Source: Dehalococcoidia bacterium
GTDB taxonomy: Bacteria; Chloroflexota; Dehalococcoidia; UBA6926
Assembly: GCA_965204885.1 (NCBI GenBank)
Contig: OZ242019.1
Span: 1,514,053 to 1,578,052 of the forward strand
Length of the DNA: 64,000 nucleotides
Reading direction: 5' to 3'
Below are positions 37,679 to 47,261 of this stretch, one piece after another. Under the pieces are notes generated by a model. It did not search any database and had not been told where the DNA came from. It saw only the letters and a list, made by a program, of their open reading frames with translations. Each line of letters opens with the position of its first letter. Position 1 is the stretch's first letter. The position numbers and the translations under genes were made by a program.

Positions 37679-38020
37679 GTGCTGAAAGTCGATGCTGAAA
37701 GAGATCAGGTAACCGTCGTCGCCAAGACGGAGGGTAGGATAGACAGTGGAAGCGCGCAGGAATTCCAGGCCGCGCTGGAGAACGTAATTCAGCCCGAGGA
37801 TAAGGCTCTGATTATCGACTTCGAGAATGTGTCGTATATCAGCAGCGCCGGGATGCGAGTGATCTTGCTAACTGCCAAGACTCTTCAGCGTCAGGGAGGG
37901 CAATTGGCTTTGTGCTCACTCACAGAGCCTATTCGCGAAGTCTTCAAGATCAGTGGGTTCGACAACATCATCGCGATCCACGAGACACGAGCCGAGGCAG
38001 CAGCAGCCATCTCGAAGTGA
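37679..38020 (+). CDS. STAS-domain anti-sigma-factor antagonist (SpoIIAA/RsbV-like)
   Basis: 113 aa; 'ISSAGMRVIL' region carrying the phosphorylatable Ser; GTG start with GGGAGG RBS. Confidence 0.8.
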   Translation: MLKVDAERDQVTVVAKTEGRIDSGSAQEFQAALENVIQPEDKALIIDFENVSYISSAGMRVILLTAKTLQRQGGQLALCSLTEPIREVFKISGFDNIIAIHETRAEAAAAISK

Positions 38021-38096
38021 ATCGGAGGGGCCACGGGCCCGTTCCGTGATGGTCCGGCCTGCTCTCATTTCACTGCGAGCTCCTTGAGGGAGACTC

Positions 38097-39308
38097 ATGA
38101 CTACTGACGTTTCCAGCGAAAACACCGAGCAGACGGAAGAGCTGCAGGAAGATCAGCAAGGTTACAAAATTCTCGTCGTTGATGACGAGCCTGACCTTGA
38201 GCCCCTTGTCCGACAGCGCATGCGTCGGGAGATTCGATCCGGTCGATATAGCTTCGTATTCGCTCACAACGGCGTTGAAGCCCTGAAGGAATTGGACGAC
38301 GACGACGACATTGATATGGTGTTGTCCGACATCAACATGCCTCAGATGGACGGGCTTACCCTGCTACAGGAAATTCCGAAAGCAAAGCCCAATGTCCGCT
38401 CCGTCATCATCTCCGCCTACGGAGACATGCAGAATATCCGCACCGCGATGAATCGTGGCGCGTTCGACTTCATTACCAAGCCGGTGGACTTCGACGATCT
38501 ACGGGTCACCATTGATCGAACCCTGCGGCATATCCAGGAATTGCGAGATGCCCTTAGTGTTCGGGATCGCCTGGTTGCCATCCAAAATGAGTTGGATGTC
38601 GCAAAGAATATGCAGCAGTCCATCCTGCCAACCGTTTTCCCGACCGGCGCCGGATATTCGGTCTATGGAACCATGCGGCCCGCGAGGAATATTGGAGGTG
38701 ATTTCTTCGACTTGATACGCCTCCAGTTCGACCGCATCGGACTGGTGGTTGCGGATGTGTCTGATAAAGGAGTTGCCGCGGGACTCTTCATGATGTCCTC
38801 GCGCACCTTGCTCAAGGGTGCCGCCGTGGGCAAAGGGCATCCCGGTGAAGTCCTGACCGAGGTCAACAGTCTTCTGGTCGAAGACAATGAAACGGGCATG
38901 TTTGTTACGGTTCTCTACTCCGTTTTCGATCCCCGATCCGGCCGATTGACCTATGCCAGCGGCGGGGAGAATCCACCTGTGGTCATCCATGCGGACGGCT
39001 CATCGGAAGAGCTTCCCCTTACCCAGGGGATCGTTCTGGGTGTTGCGCCGGAATATGAATACATGGAAAACAGTGTGGATCTTGCGCCTGGTGACAGCGT
39101 TATTTTCGTGACAGACGGCGTCACCGAGGCTATGAATGAAGCTCAGGAACCGATGGGCATACAGAGGGTCCGCGATCACTTTGCACAATCGCCGCCCAAA
39201 GACCCGGAAAGCACGGCTCTTGCTGTCATTGATGTGATCAAGGAGTTTGCGGGCACCGCGGCGCAGCATGATGACATCACCTGTCTCGTCTTGCGCAGGG
39301 ACGACTAG
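38097..39308 (+). CDS. Response regulator (REC) fused to a PP2C/SpoIIE-type serine phosphatase (RsbU-like)
   Basis: REC 'KILVVDDEPD...VLSDINMPQMDGL'; PP2C blocks 'GGDFFD', 'VVADVSDKGVAAG', 'FVTDGVTEA'. Confidence 0.85.
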   Translation: MTTDVSSENTEQTEELQEDQQGYKILVVDDEPDLEPLVRQRMRREIRSGRYSFVFAHNGVEALKELDDDDDIDMVLSDINMPQMDGLTLLQEIPKAKPNVRSVIISAYGDMQNIRTAMNRGAFDFITKPVDFDDLRVTIDRTLRHIQELRDALSVRDRLVAIQNELDVAKNMQQSILPTVFPTGAGYSVYGTMRPARNIGGDFFDLIRLQFDRIGLVVADVSDKGVAAGLFMMSSRTLLKGAAVGKGHPGEVLTEVNSLLVEDNETGMFVTVLYSVFDPRSGRLTYASGGENPPVVIHADGSSEELPLTQGIVLGVAPEYEYMENSVDLAPGDSVIFVTDGVTEAMNEAQEPMGIQRVRDHFAQSPPKDPESTALAVIDVIKEFAGTAAQHDDITCLVLRRDD

Positions 39309-39317
39309 GACGCCACT

Positions 39318-39728
39318 GTGGACATCTCTATGACCATTGAGTCCAAGCACGATGAGTTGGACCGGATTACTGCCGCCATAGAAGAACTCGGCGAAGAGAG
39401 CGGATGGCCGCTTGATTTGACCTACAAGATTAACCTTGTTCTTGAAGAGCTAACCCTCAATATCATGAACTATGGCTACACTGATGAAGAAACACACTAT
39501 ATCGATTTGTCCGTGAAGACAGAGGACGCCAAGGTTACGATAGAGATTGTCGATGATGGGCGGCCTTTCAACCCAATCAATGACGCCCCTCACCCCGACC
39601 TCGAGGGTCCAATGATGGATCGTCGAATCGGAGGATGGGGTATCCACATCGTTCGAACAATCATGGATGATGTTTCCTACGTGCGGGCAGACAACAAGAA
39701 CAGGATGAAGTTGGTCGCCAAACTTTAG
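39318..39728 (+). CDS. Anti-sigma regulatory factor / serine protein kinase (RsbW/SpoIIAB-like, HATPase_c)
   Basis: 'LVLEELTLNIMNYGY', 'IEIVDDGRPFNP', 'GGWGIHIV'. GTG start at 39318 or ATG at 39330. Confidence 0.8.
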   Translation: MDISMTIESKHDELDRITAAIEELGEESGWPLDLTYKINLVLEELTLNIMNYGYTDEETHYIDLSVKTEDAKVTIEIVDDGRPFNPINDAPHPDLEGPMMDRRIGGWGIHIVRTIMDDVSYVRADNKNRMKLVAKL

Positions 39729-39741
39729 CGGCGAGGCTGGA

Positions 39742-40980
39742 ATGGTGAAGCCCAAGCTGGCCCGGATTATGGTTGCCGTAGTTATCGGAGCCATGACGCT
39801 GCTGATCGGCTGTCTGCCGGAAATCAGTTTACCCGGAGAGGATGAGGTTCTGACTCCGGAGCCCGATACAACACAGGGTCAAGATGTGGTAACGCCGGGC
39901 GTCACACAGGATCAGGTTCTGTTCGGGCAATCTGTCGATTTCGGCGAGATTGGTACAAGTCTCCAGATAGGGATTGAGGCGGCATTCAACGAGATCAATT
40001 CTCGAGGTGGAGTGAACGGACGCAAACTTAGCCTCATCACGCTGGACGACGACTACGATCCGGCCAAAGCGCTCAGGAATGTAGATCGTTTCATCGAAGA
40101 AGACCAGGTCTTTGCGATTCTTGGCTCAGCCGGCACTCCAACAGTCCGCGCCGTTTTACCGATAGCGGCAGAGCAGGGAATCCCGGTTATCGCCGCATAC
40201 ACGGGCGCGGAATTCCTAAGGGATGGCGCGCCCGACAACGTGGTAAACCTTCGTGCCTCCTATAAACAGGAGACGCAGGCGGTCATCGACTATCTCATTG
40301 GCAGACGCGGAGTAACACGCATTGGCTTGCTTTACCAGGACGATGCCTTTGGACGGAGTGGTTACGCGGGAGCGCTCCAGGCCCTGCGAACACACGATAT
40401 GGAACCCGTTGCTGTGGGGCTCTATACCCCGAATACGAATGCGATTAAGTCGGCCTTGCTGGACATTGTGCCGGCCCACCCGGAAGCGGTACTGCTGATT
40501 GGTACGTTCGAGCCTGCCGTGACCATGATCAAGTGGGCCAACCGAACCGGTATGCATACACAGTTCTACACGGTTTCCGTGGCGGGTAACAGACGTCTAT
40601 TGGAACAGTTGGGGAACGCTGGCGCAGGAGTGTATGCAACACAGGTCATGCCCCTGATAACCGAGCAAACTGAACAGATTGTGGTGACTTTTGAGAACGC
40701 ACTTCGGGCCTACGACGAGAACGCGGAAGCAAATGTCTATTCGCTTGAAGGGTATATTGCAGGCAGGCTTGCTGCCGTGGGCATTGCCGCCTGCCGCCTG
40801 GAGTTGAACCGGGAATGCTTCCTGCGGTCATTACAGGATGCCCATTTACTCAGTATCGATGGGTTCAGGCTGCAGTTCGGGGAGAATGACAACCAGGGCT
40901 CGGACGCCGTCTATCTCACTGTGATCGGCGCTGATGGCGCTTATCACCCCGTTGAAACGCTAGTGGAGTCAGCATCATGA
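39742..40980 (+). CDS. Periplasmic substrate-binding lipoprotein, type-1 PBP (branched-chain amino-acid binding, LivK-like) fold
   Basis: Lipobox 'LIGCLP'; 'AILGSAGTPT', 'IPVIAAYTGA'. Its stop overlaps the start of the downstream histidine kinase (ATGA). Confidence 0.75.
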   Translation: MVKPKLARIMVAVVIGAMTLLIGCLPEISLPGEDEVLTPEPDTTQGQDVVTPGVTQDQVLFGQSVDFGEIGTSLQIGIEAAFNEINSRGGVNGRKLSLITLDDDYDPAKALRNVDRFIEEDQVFAILGSAGTPTVRAVLPIAAEQGIPVIAAYTGAEFLRDGAPDNVVNLRASYKQETQAVIDYLIGRRGVTRIGLLYQDDAFGRSGYAGALQALRTHDMEPVAVGLYTPNTNAIKSALLDIVPAHPEAVLLIGTFEPAVTMIKWANRTGMHTQFYTVSVAGNRRLLEQLGNAGAGVYATQVMPLITEQTEQIVVTFENALRAYDENAEANVYSLEGYIAGRLAAVGIAACRLELNRECFLRSLQDAHLLSIDGFRLQFGENDNQGSDAVYLTVIGADGAYHPVETLVESAS

Positions 40981-43313
40981 AGATTCCGTTGGTCGGAGCA
41001 ATTCGCGGAGTGTTGCCAGGGGGTCGAGGACGGTCAGCCCCGGGTGACGCTGGCGGACAGGACACTGAGTCAGACGAATGGCATGCCCCGCCCGTAAGCG
41101 GGATTTGGGGAAGGGTCCTGGGGCGTATTCGCATTGCGACACAGCTGTATCTCAGTATCGGCGGCGCAGTTATGCTCACCTTGTTGGCCAGCTTGGTGGC
41201 GTGGTTCTCGTTCAACAGCATTAACGATGCACAGGATCAGGTAAATGAGGGCAGCGTGCCGGAACTGGCGTCCGCATTCGGTATCGCCCAGTACGGACAG
41301 ACTCTCGTCGCCGCCGCGCCAAGCCTGACGGCGGCGGACAACAGGCAGGAATTTCTGCGGGTCGTTGGGGAAATCGACTCTGCATATGACGAGTTTGAGA
41401 GCCAGATGGCGGCGCTGGAGGCCCAGCCCGGTGTTGACCCTGAACGCATCCGCGTCATCAGGGATTACGCAAACACCCTTCTCTCAAACATCGACTCCAT
41501 TGCTGCACAGACAGACGGCACCTTTGAATTAATTGATCTGCGCAGCACTCACCAAATTAAACTCACCAATCTTGGGACCGAGCTCAATGGCGTCCTCGTC
41601 CCGGCCATAGATGACCAGTTTTTCTTCATCATGACGGGCTTCCCCAGCATCGATCAGAACCAAGCCCAAAGGCTCGAACATTTCTCGGAAGAGCAGGTCG
41701 AGAGGTATCGACGCCTTGTTGAGATCCAGTCGGAAGTCAAGATTGGCGGCGAACAATTAGCTAGCGCATTCACTGCAACAGACCCCAGGCTCGTGGATTC
41801 CTTGAGAGCCGAGTTTGCGGCGGCGACGAGCAGGATCGACCGCAATATGGACTTTCTCCTGGGTACAGAGATCCATGAACAGGCCCAACCTATCCTGAGC
41901 GAGTTTTTCGCCTTGGGCCTAAGCGAGAACGGAATCTATGATGTCGTCCTGCAATCACTCCAGATCGCAGGTGCTCAGCGACAGCTTCTTGAAAGCAACC
42001 GTGCCCTTTCGATTGAGTTGTTGGCTGAAGTGGACGGCCTTGTCATAGCGTCACAGGAAGGAACCGTAACCGCTACGGCGGCCTCCGCCGAGGCAATACG
42101 CACCGGGCGGATCCTTTTGGTTGTGATTACGGCGCTGAGCGTGATTGGGGCGCTGCTGGTGATCTGGCTATTCATCGGTCGCATTTTGCTCCGCCGCTTG
42201 AATACTCTTTCCAACCGCATGCAGAGCATGGCTGAGGGTGATCTGGAATCATCTGTCGATATTGGCGGCCAGGACGAAGTCGCCGTTATGGCGTCCGCGC
42301 TTGAGGTTTTTCGGAGGCACGCGTTGGAAGTTCAACGCCTGAATCTCGTGGAGCAGCTCGCCAATGAAGTGCAGGACAAGAATGAGGAACTTGAGGGAGT
42401 CCTGGGTGAGCTGCGACAGGCGCAGGGGCAGATCGTCCTTAGAGAGAAACTGGCCGCGCTGGGTGAGTTGACGGCCGGCGTCGCCCACGAAATCCGCAAT
42501 CCCCTCAACTTTATGAACAACTTCTCAGAAGCGTCACAGGAACTTGTCGATGAACTCAAGGAAATCCTTGATGATCCGAAGTTCGAGTTGTCAGACGATC
42601 AGCGATCCTATGTCGACGAAGTTGTCGGTGACCTCCACGACAACCTCGGCCGAATTAAATCCCACGGTGACAGGGCCAATCGCATCGTCCATGACATGCT
42701 CCAGATTGGCCGCGATACCGGTGAATGGGAACAGGTCGATATGAATATCCTTGTCGACCAACAGTACCGCCTCGCCTATCACAGCCAACGCGCGACCGAC
42801 GCCGACTTCAACCTGACCACAGAAGAGGACTACGATCCAGACATCGGGACGGTGGAGGTGATTCCGCAGGAGTTGGGCCGCGTATTCCTCAATATGGTGG
42901 CGAACGCGTGCTATGCCACGGATCTTCGTCGCAAGAATTTGGCTGCCGAAGGCAGCACCGGCGATTATACTCCGATGCTATGGCTAAAGACGCGCCGTGA
43001 AGAGGACAAGATACGCGTCACGATTCGTGACAACGGGGTTGGAATGCCGGATGACGTGAAGGAGAAGATCTTCAACCCATTCTTCACCACCAAGCCGCCG
43101 GAAAAGGGGACGGGCCTAGGCCTTGCAATATCCAATGACATCGTTCGACGGCATGGTGGATCAATCTCGGTGGAATCGTCACCAAATGAGTTTACAGAGA
43201 TGCACATTGATATCCCGTTGCAATCAGGGAAGGACCTCATGGCGGAAGAAGCGGCTGAGACGCAGGGAGATGATCCCCAACAGGCAGAGACCGCGGTTGC
43301 CGCGGAGGACTAG
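40977..43313 (+). CDS. Sensor histidine kinase: two TM helices flanking a ~330-aa extracytoplasmic domain, HAMP, HisKA, HATPase_c
   Basis: TM1 '[23 protein letters not shown]'; TM2 '[23 protein letters not shown]'; HAMP '[18 protein letters not shown]'; H-box '[16 protein letters not shown]'; G-boxes 'DNGVGMP', 'GTGLGLAIS'. Confidence 0.85.
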   Translation: MKIPLVGAIRGVLPGGRGRSAPGDAGGQDTESDEWHAPPVSGIWGRVLGRIRIATQLYLSIGGAVMLTLLASLVAWFSFNSINDAQDQVNEGSVPELASAFGIAQYGQTLVAAAPSLTAADNRQEFLRVVGEIDSAYDEFESQMAALEAQPGVDPERIRVIRDYANTLLSNIDSIAAQTDGTFELIDLRSTHQIKLTNLGTELNGVLVPAIDDQFFFIMTGFPSIDQNQAQRLEHFSEEQVERYRRLVEIQSEVKIGGEQLASAFTATDPRLVDSLRAEFAAATSRIDRNMDFLLGTEIHEQAQPILSEFFALGLSENGIYDVVLQSLQIAGAQRQLLESNRALSIELLAEVDGLVIASQEGTVTATAASAEAIRTGRILLVVITALSVIGALLVIWLFIGRILLRRLNTLSNRMQSMAEGDLESSVDIGGQDEVAVMASALEVFRRHALEVQRLNLVEQLANEVQDKNEELEGVLGELRQAQGQIVLREKLAALGELTAGVAHEIRNPLNFMNNFSEASQELVDELKEILDDPKFELSDDQRSYVDEVVGDLHDNLGRIKSHGDRANRIVHDMLQIGRDTGEWEQVDMNILVDQQYRLAYHSQRATDADFNLTTEEDYDPDIGTVEVIPQELGRVFLNMVANACYATDLRRKNLAAEGSTGDYTPMLWLKTRREEDKIRVTIRDNGVGMPDDVKEKIFNPFFTTKPPEKGTGLGLAISNDIVRRHGGSISVESSPNEFTEMHIDIPLQSGKDLMAEEAAETQGDDPQQAETAVAAED

Positions 43314-43403
43314 ACCTGTAGCCTTCTCAATGAAGCACTGTGAGTAAATCAAGGCGAGGACAGCACCCAACGCCACCCCATACACGTTGCTTGCGCTCTG
43401 TTG

Positions 43404-44261
43404 CTAGGACTTGGGGTCGGCGCTGTTCTGGGAAACCGCGGGCATAGCTGAGTCATCACCCGCGGCCGGCACGGACATTGTCTTGAATGTGCCCACAAGT
43501 TCCGAGACTCGATGTTCCTCCAGGTCGGCGGAAAGACGAGCAAGATTCACAGTATCCGGGAGTACGATTCCGCCTGAGAAGACAAGCCTCATAGCATCGT
43601 CGGGATTGAGGTTCGTCTCAATGACATCATCCTCGAACACGAAGGCCATGTTGCCGGAGGTAGGGTTGGGAATCGTTGGGATATAGACGCTCACCATGGT
43701 CGCATTTGTCTCTGGCGAATAGATGCGCCCGGTAACAAAACCGAGTGCCATCATTCCTTCCCGTGGCCACTCAACAAAGACAACACGACTGAAATTCGTT
43801 TGGGTGCCCCTGAGTGAGGTCATTGCCTTCTTCATCATCCCAAAGATCAGCTTCACAATAGGCAGCGCGGACAGAAAGCCACTGAAGCCGTTCATGATCT
43901 TGCGGCCAACGGCGAATGAAAGGAGAATGCCGACCAAATAGAAAATAATCAGAAGAATGATCGCGCCAACTCCCCAGAAATCAGCACCCAAACTGAAGGA
44001 CATTCCCCCGATTGTGAAATCAAGCGTCGGTAGCTCCAGCAGTCGAATAACGGGTCGAATCAGGGCGTCCGCGTAGCTGACCAGGAATGCGATGGCGCCG
44101 ATCGTAACAAGCAAGGGAACGAGCTCAAAGAACCCGTCCATGATGTGTTTCCGAATGTGATCCTCCACATACGAAACTCTATGTTTCGTATTGGATTGCC
44201 TCTCTGCTATTGCCGCTGTTCTGTCGGTGGCTTCTTCCACACCACCGTTATCGGTACTCAA
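43404..44261 (-). CDS. DUF502-family membrane protein
   Basis: Two TM helices and a conserved DUF502-like core ('...LVPLLVTIGAIAFLVSYADALIRPV...'). Confidence 0.65.
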   Translation of the reverse strand: MSTDNGGVEEATDRTAAIAERQSNTKHRVSYVEDHIRKHIMDGFFELVPLLVTIGAIAFLVSYADALIRPVIRLLELPTLDFTIGGMSFSLGADFWGVGAIILLIIFYLVGILLSFAVGRKIMNGFSGFLSALPIVKLIFGMMKKAMTSLRGTQTNFSRVVFVEWPREGMMALGFVTGRIYSPETNATMVSVYIPTIPNPTSGNMAFVFEDDVIETNLNPDDAMRLVFSGGIVLPDTVNLARLSADLEEHRVSELVGTFKTMSVPAAGDDSAMPAVSQNSADPKS

Positions 44262-44486
44262 CGGCCCACCCCCTTGTGTTCAAATGTGAACGAGTCCCGT
44301 CAACCACGCTGATGCGAGCGGGAAGCACAGTCACTGGTTGCGAACGTACTCTAGCACATGCCCTGTCTGACTGGGATGGTTGTAACGGGGCTTGAGGCAT
44401 GGCACTTGCCTCATGGTTATTGACGGGATTAGAAGAGAGAGACCAAGACGGCCGCACGCTCAGCGCGGCTCGTTCTCTTTGTCGTG

Positions 44487-44561
44487 TGGAGCCAGCGATC
44501 GGATTTGAACCGATGGCCTGCGGTTTACGAAACCGCTGCTCTACCCCTGAGCTACGCTGGC
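44487..44561 (-). tRNA. tRNA-Thr (anticodon CGT), CCA encoded
   Basis: The reverse complement folds as GCCAGCG-TA-GCTC-AGGGGTA-GAGC-A-GCGGT-TTCGTAA-ACCGC-AGGCC-ATCGG-TTCAAAT-CCGAT-CGCTGGC-T-CCA. A G/C hairpin sits downstream (44440-44480). Confidence 0.8.
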
Positions 44562-44642
44562 CTGAAACATATCCACAACCGGGGAATGCGGTGGGCGAGC
44601 CCCGATTCAATTCTACCAAATGAGGGCTGTATCCTTGACTGA

Positions 44643-45257
44643 ATGGGTACTCGCTCAATCGCCGTTCTTGGCGTCACTGCGGCCTTCGTTGTATTCACTC
44701 TTGGCGCGTGCAGTTCCTTTGGCCCTTCAACACCTGTGCCATCCCCCGATTCCACGCGTCCGGAAATTCGTGTTCTCCCACCAACTCTCACTGCGGTACC
44801 CTCTGCAACTCCCACGCGCACCACAACTCCCACACCGTCACCGCTTGAGGAGGGATTCCTGCTCATTGAGGATGTGGAGGACCCGGCAGCCATCCACGAG
44901 GTAACCCTCAAAGGTCACGTCTTTGTACTGGAAATCGCGGACACGCCGGCTGAGCGGGCGCTCGGCCTGATGCATCGTGATAGCCTCGCCGACAACGTGG
45001 GAATGCTGTTCGTTTTCTCCGCAGAGCGAACGCTGAACTTCTGGATGAAAAACACCCTGATTCCGCTGGACATCCTCTATATGGACTCCGCCGGGATAGT
45101 CGTGGATATCCGGACGATGCACCCCCAGCCGGGCGTGCCGGATGCTGAACTCAAGCATTATCCGAGCGCCGCGCCGGCGCAGTATGCCCTGGAGATCAAC
45201 GCCGGCCTTGCGGAGTCACTTGGGTTCGCGGTTGGGGATCAAGCCTACTTCCGCTGA
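44643..45257 (+). CDS. DUF192-domain lipoprotein
   Basis: Lipobox 'LGACSS'; Pro/Thr-rich linker; C-terminal DUF192-like core '...LGLMHRDSLADNVGMLFVF...LIPLDILYMDSAGIVVDI'. Confidence 0.65.
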   Translation: MGTRSIAVLGVTAAFVVFTLGACSSFGPSTPVPSPDSTRPEIRVLPPTLTAVPSATPTRTTTPTPSPLEEGFLLIEDVEDPAAIHEVTLKGHVFVLEIADTPAERALGLMHRDSLADNVGMLFVFSAERTLNFWMKNTLIPLDILYMDSAGIVVDIRTMHPQPGVPDAELKHYPSAAPAQYALEINAGLAESLGFAVGDQAYFR

Positions 45258-45277
45258 CTGATTACGAGTGTGAGGGC

Positions 45278-45931
45278 TCAACCGGCAGCGTTGCCGCTCC
45301 GCCCGCCCCGGCCTTGCGCGAACTTGGCGGCCTCCCGCGCCAGGGCGGCGATCCCTGTTGTCGGCACCGTGATTGTGCGTGGTCCCGCATAGAGATTCGT
45401 CACGCGGTGCTGCGCCGGAGTCCCCGCCCAGATAAGGATGACGTCGCCCCATCGCAGGTCGCTTGCGGCATCCCGCTGATTGGCGTTTCCAAGCCCGTTG
45501 ACGAAGCGCCACTCGACTGATCGAGGCGCAATCTGGCGTATTCGCGCCCACTTTGGATTGGTGCCGCCGACAACAACTGCGCGCGAGAGTCCGGCGCCGC
45601 TCATCGCCGTGGCCATCTCATTCAAAGCGCGTCGGTCGGCGGAGCCGCCGCACACCTCGCAAGCGTCCCGTTCCACCAGGATCAGCGCGCGGGGCTCAGG
45701 GATTTGGCGCTCCTGCTCATCCAGCGACTCCCGACACATAGCGTTAGAGCAGTGCAGCGCCAGCCGCGCCTCAAGCGCTTGCTCAGCGTCCGGCTCCTTG
45801 TGGACGGCCATGTTGGTCCTTCCGGCGCGCGTGAACCCGGCATCCTCAAGGACGGCGCGCGCAACGGCTTGCTGCTCCGCGCCGGAGATGCCGAGGGAAT
45901 TCAGAAAGACCGTTATGGGTCGATTCTTCAT
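45278..45931 (-). CDS. Hypothetical protein (ORFan, Cys-containing 'HCSNAMC...CEVCGG')
   Basis: 217-aa ORF with normal GC, lying between tRNA-Thr and tRNA-Glu. No recognisable domain. Confidence 0.4.
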   Translation of the reverse strand: MKNRPITVFLNSLGISGAEQQAVARAVLEDAGFTRAGRTNMAVHKEPDAEQALEARLALHCSNAMCRESLDEQERQIPEPRALILVERDACEVCGGSADRRALNEMATAMSGAGLSRAVVVGGTNPKWARIRQIAPRSVEWRFVNGLGNANQRDAASDLRWGDVILIWAGTPAQHRVTNLYAGPRTITVPTTGIAALAREAAKFAQGRGGRSGNAAG

Positions 45932-46026
45932 GCATCCATTATCGGGGATGTCGCAAGGATGTCAGGAGCCGCGGATGGCGCAGGGAGAGTGCGTTACGGC
46001 TATAGTGGAAGAGACGAAGGTGTCAC

Positions 46027-46102
46027 GCCCCCATCGTCTAGTGGCCTAGGACTGCGGCCCTTCAAGCCGCCGACAGGGGTTCGAGTCCCCTTGGGGGCAC
46101 CA
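46027..46102 (+). tRNA. tRNA-Glu (anticodon TTC), CCA encoded
   Basis: GCCCCCA-TC-GTCT-AGTGGCCTA-GGAC-T-GCGGC-CCTTCAA-GCCGC-CGAC-AGGGG-TTCGAGT-CCCCT-TGGGGGC-A-CCA (76 nt). Confidence 0.85.
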
Positions 46103-46116
46103 ATCCATACAGTGCG

Positions 46117-46443
46117 CTAGTTCGGATAGTCGGCCAGGCCGGGGCCCTCTTCCATGTCTGCGACCATGTCCGCCGTCGTCACGGCCTTTGCCCATTCAAG
46201 TAGCCCAATCTGTTCATAGCCGTTGATGCCGCGGGATTCCATGCTCATCACCGGCTCATGCGTGGGGTCCTCGTGTTCGCACAGCATCTTTCGTATCAGC
46301 ACGAAGCCTATGAGGTCTTGGTCAAGGATCGTTCCGTGTTCTTTTGTCGAAATCGTAATGCGATACATCCGAGCCTCCCGCGAGAGCTTCTCTATCACGT
46401 ACAGACTACCTGATTCGGCCGTGTTGCGCCCCGCCGCCGCCAT
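46117..46443 (-). CDS. Hypothetical small protein
   Basis: 108-aa ORF with an alternative start at 'MYRITIS' (46368). No motif recognised. Confidence 0.35.
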   Translation of the reverse strand: MAAAGRNTAESGSLYVIEKLSREARMYRITISTKEHGTILDQDLIGFVLIRKMLCEHEDPTHEPVMSMESRGINGYEQIGLLEWAKAVTTADMVADMEEGPGLADYPN

Positions 46444-46559
46444 GCTCCCCGGAAGATCGAATCCCGCCCCGAGTCAGGGGATTGCCCACCTTAAATAAGA
46501 CTGTCCTGTTCGCCGACAGTCGCCGCGTTCCTGTAGAATGCAAGTACGCTTAGGTTGTT

Positions 46560-47261
46560 ATGAAACTGGACCTTCACCTTCACACAAATGTCGGCTCGTC
46601 CGATAGCGGCCTCTCGCCACAGGATCTTGTGACGGTTGCCAAGTCCGTCGGATTGGACGGTGTGTGCGTTACCGAACACGGCACCGTCTGGGATAGTTAT
46701 CAGATGGAAAGGTTCTCTGCGGAACATGACTTCCTGGTTATCCCCGGCATGGAAGTGTCCACCGATCTTGGGCACATCACCTGTTTCGGCCTGACGGGCT
46801 ATTCCTCCGGGATTCACCGGGCCGAGATTCTCCGGCGAGTCGTCCAGGCGTCGGACGGCATCATGATCGCCGCGCACCCCTTTCGCCGTATGTTTGATGA
46901 TTTGCGCATCAACGGTTGGCGAAAGTTGTACAGCTTGGAGGAGGCCGCGGACCTCCCCATCTTCAAACTGACGGACGAACTGGAAGTCGTGAACGGGGCG
47001 AATAACGCGCAGGAGAACCTCTTTGCCCTGGAGGTCGCGCGCGTTCTCGGACGCATCGGCATCGGCGGCAGTGACGCCCATTCCACGTCCGGCATCGGCT
47101 CCGGGGCAATCGTGACGGAACGGCGCGTCTCCAACGTGGAAGAATTGATTGAGGAAATCCGTGAGGGCCGCTATTACCCTACCGGCTCACTGCTCAAGGG
47201 CAGCGATATTTCCTACTGGGATGAGCGTGCCGCCGATCTTTCCGCAGTAGGCGTGGGATGA
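46560..47261 (+). CDS. PHP-domain metal-dependent phosphoesterase
   Basis: 'MKLDLHLHTNVGSSD', 'CVTEHG', 'IAAHPFR', 'GGSDAHS' His/Asp clusters. Confidence 0.8.
   Translation: MKLDLHLHTNVGSSDSGLSPQDLVTVAKSVGLDGVCVTEHGTVWDSYQMERFSAEHDFLVIPGMEVSTDLGHITCFGLTGYSSGIHRAEILRRVVQASDGIMIAAHPFRRMFDDLRINGWRKLYSLEEAADLPIFKLTDELEVVNGANNAQENLFALEVARVLGRIGIGGSDAHSTSGIGSGAIVTERRVSNVEELIEEIREGRYYPTGSLLKGSDISYWDERAADLSAVGVG

Noticed and set aside
46117-46443. ClpS adaptor assignment for the 108-aa minus-strand ORF
   Set aside because: Size and location suggested ClpS, but the translation lacks the conserved ClpS core motifs, so I kept it as hypothetical.
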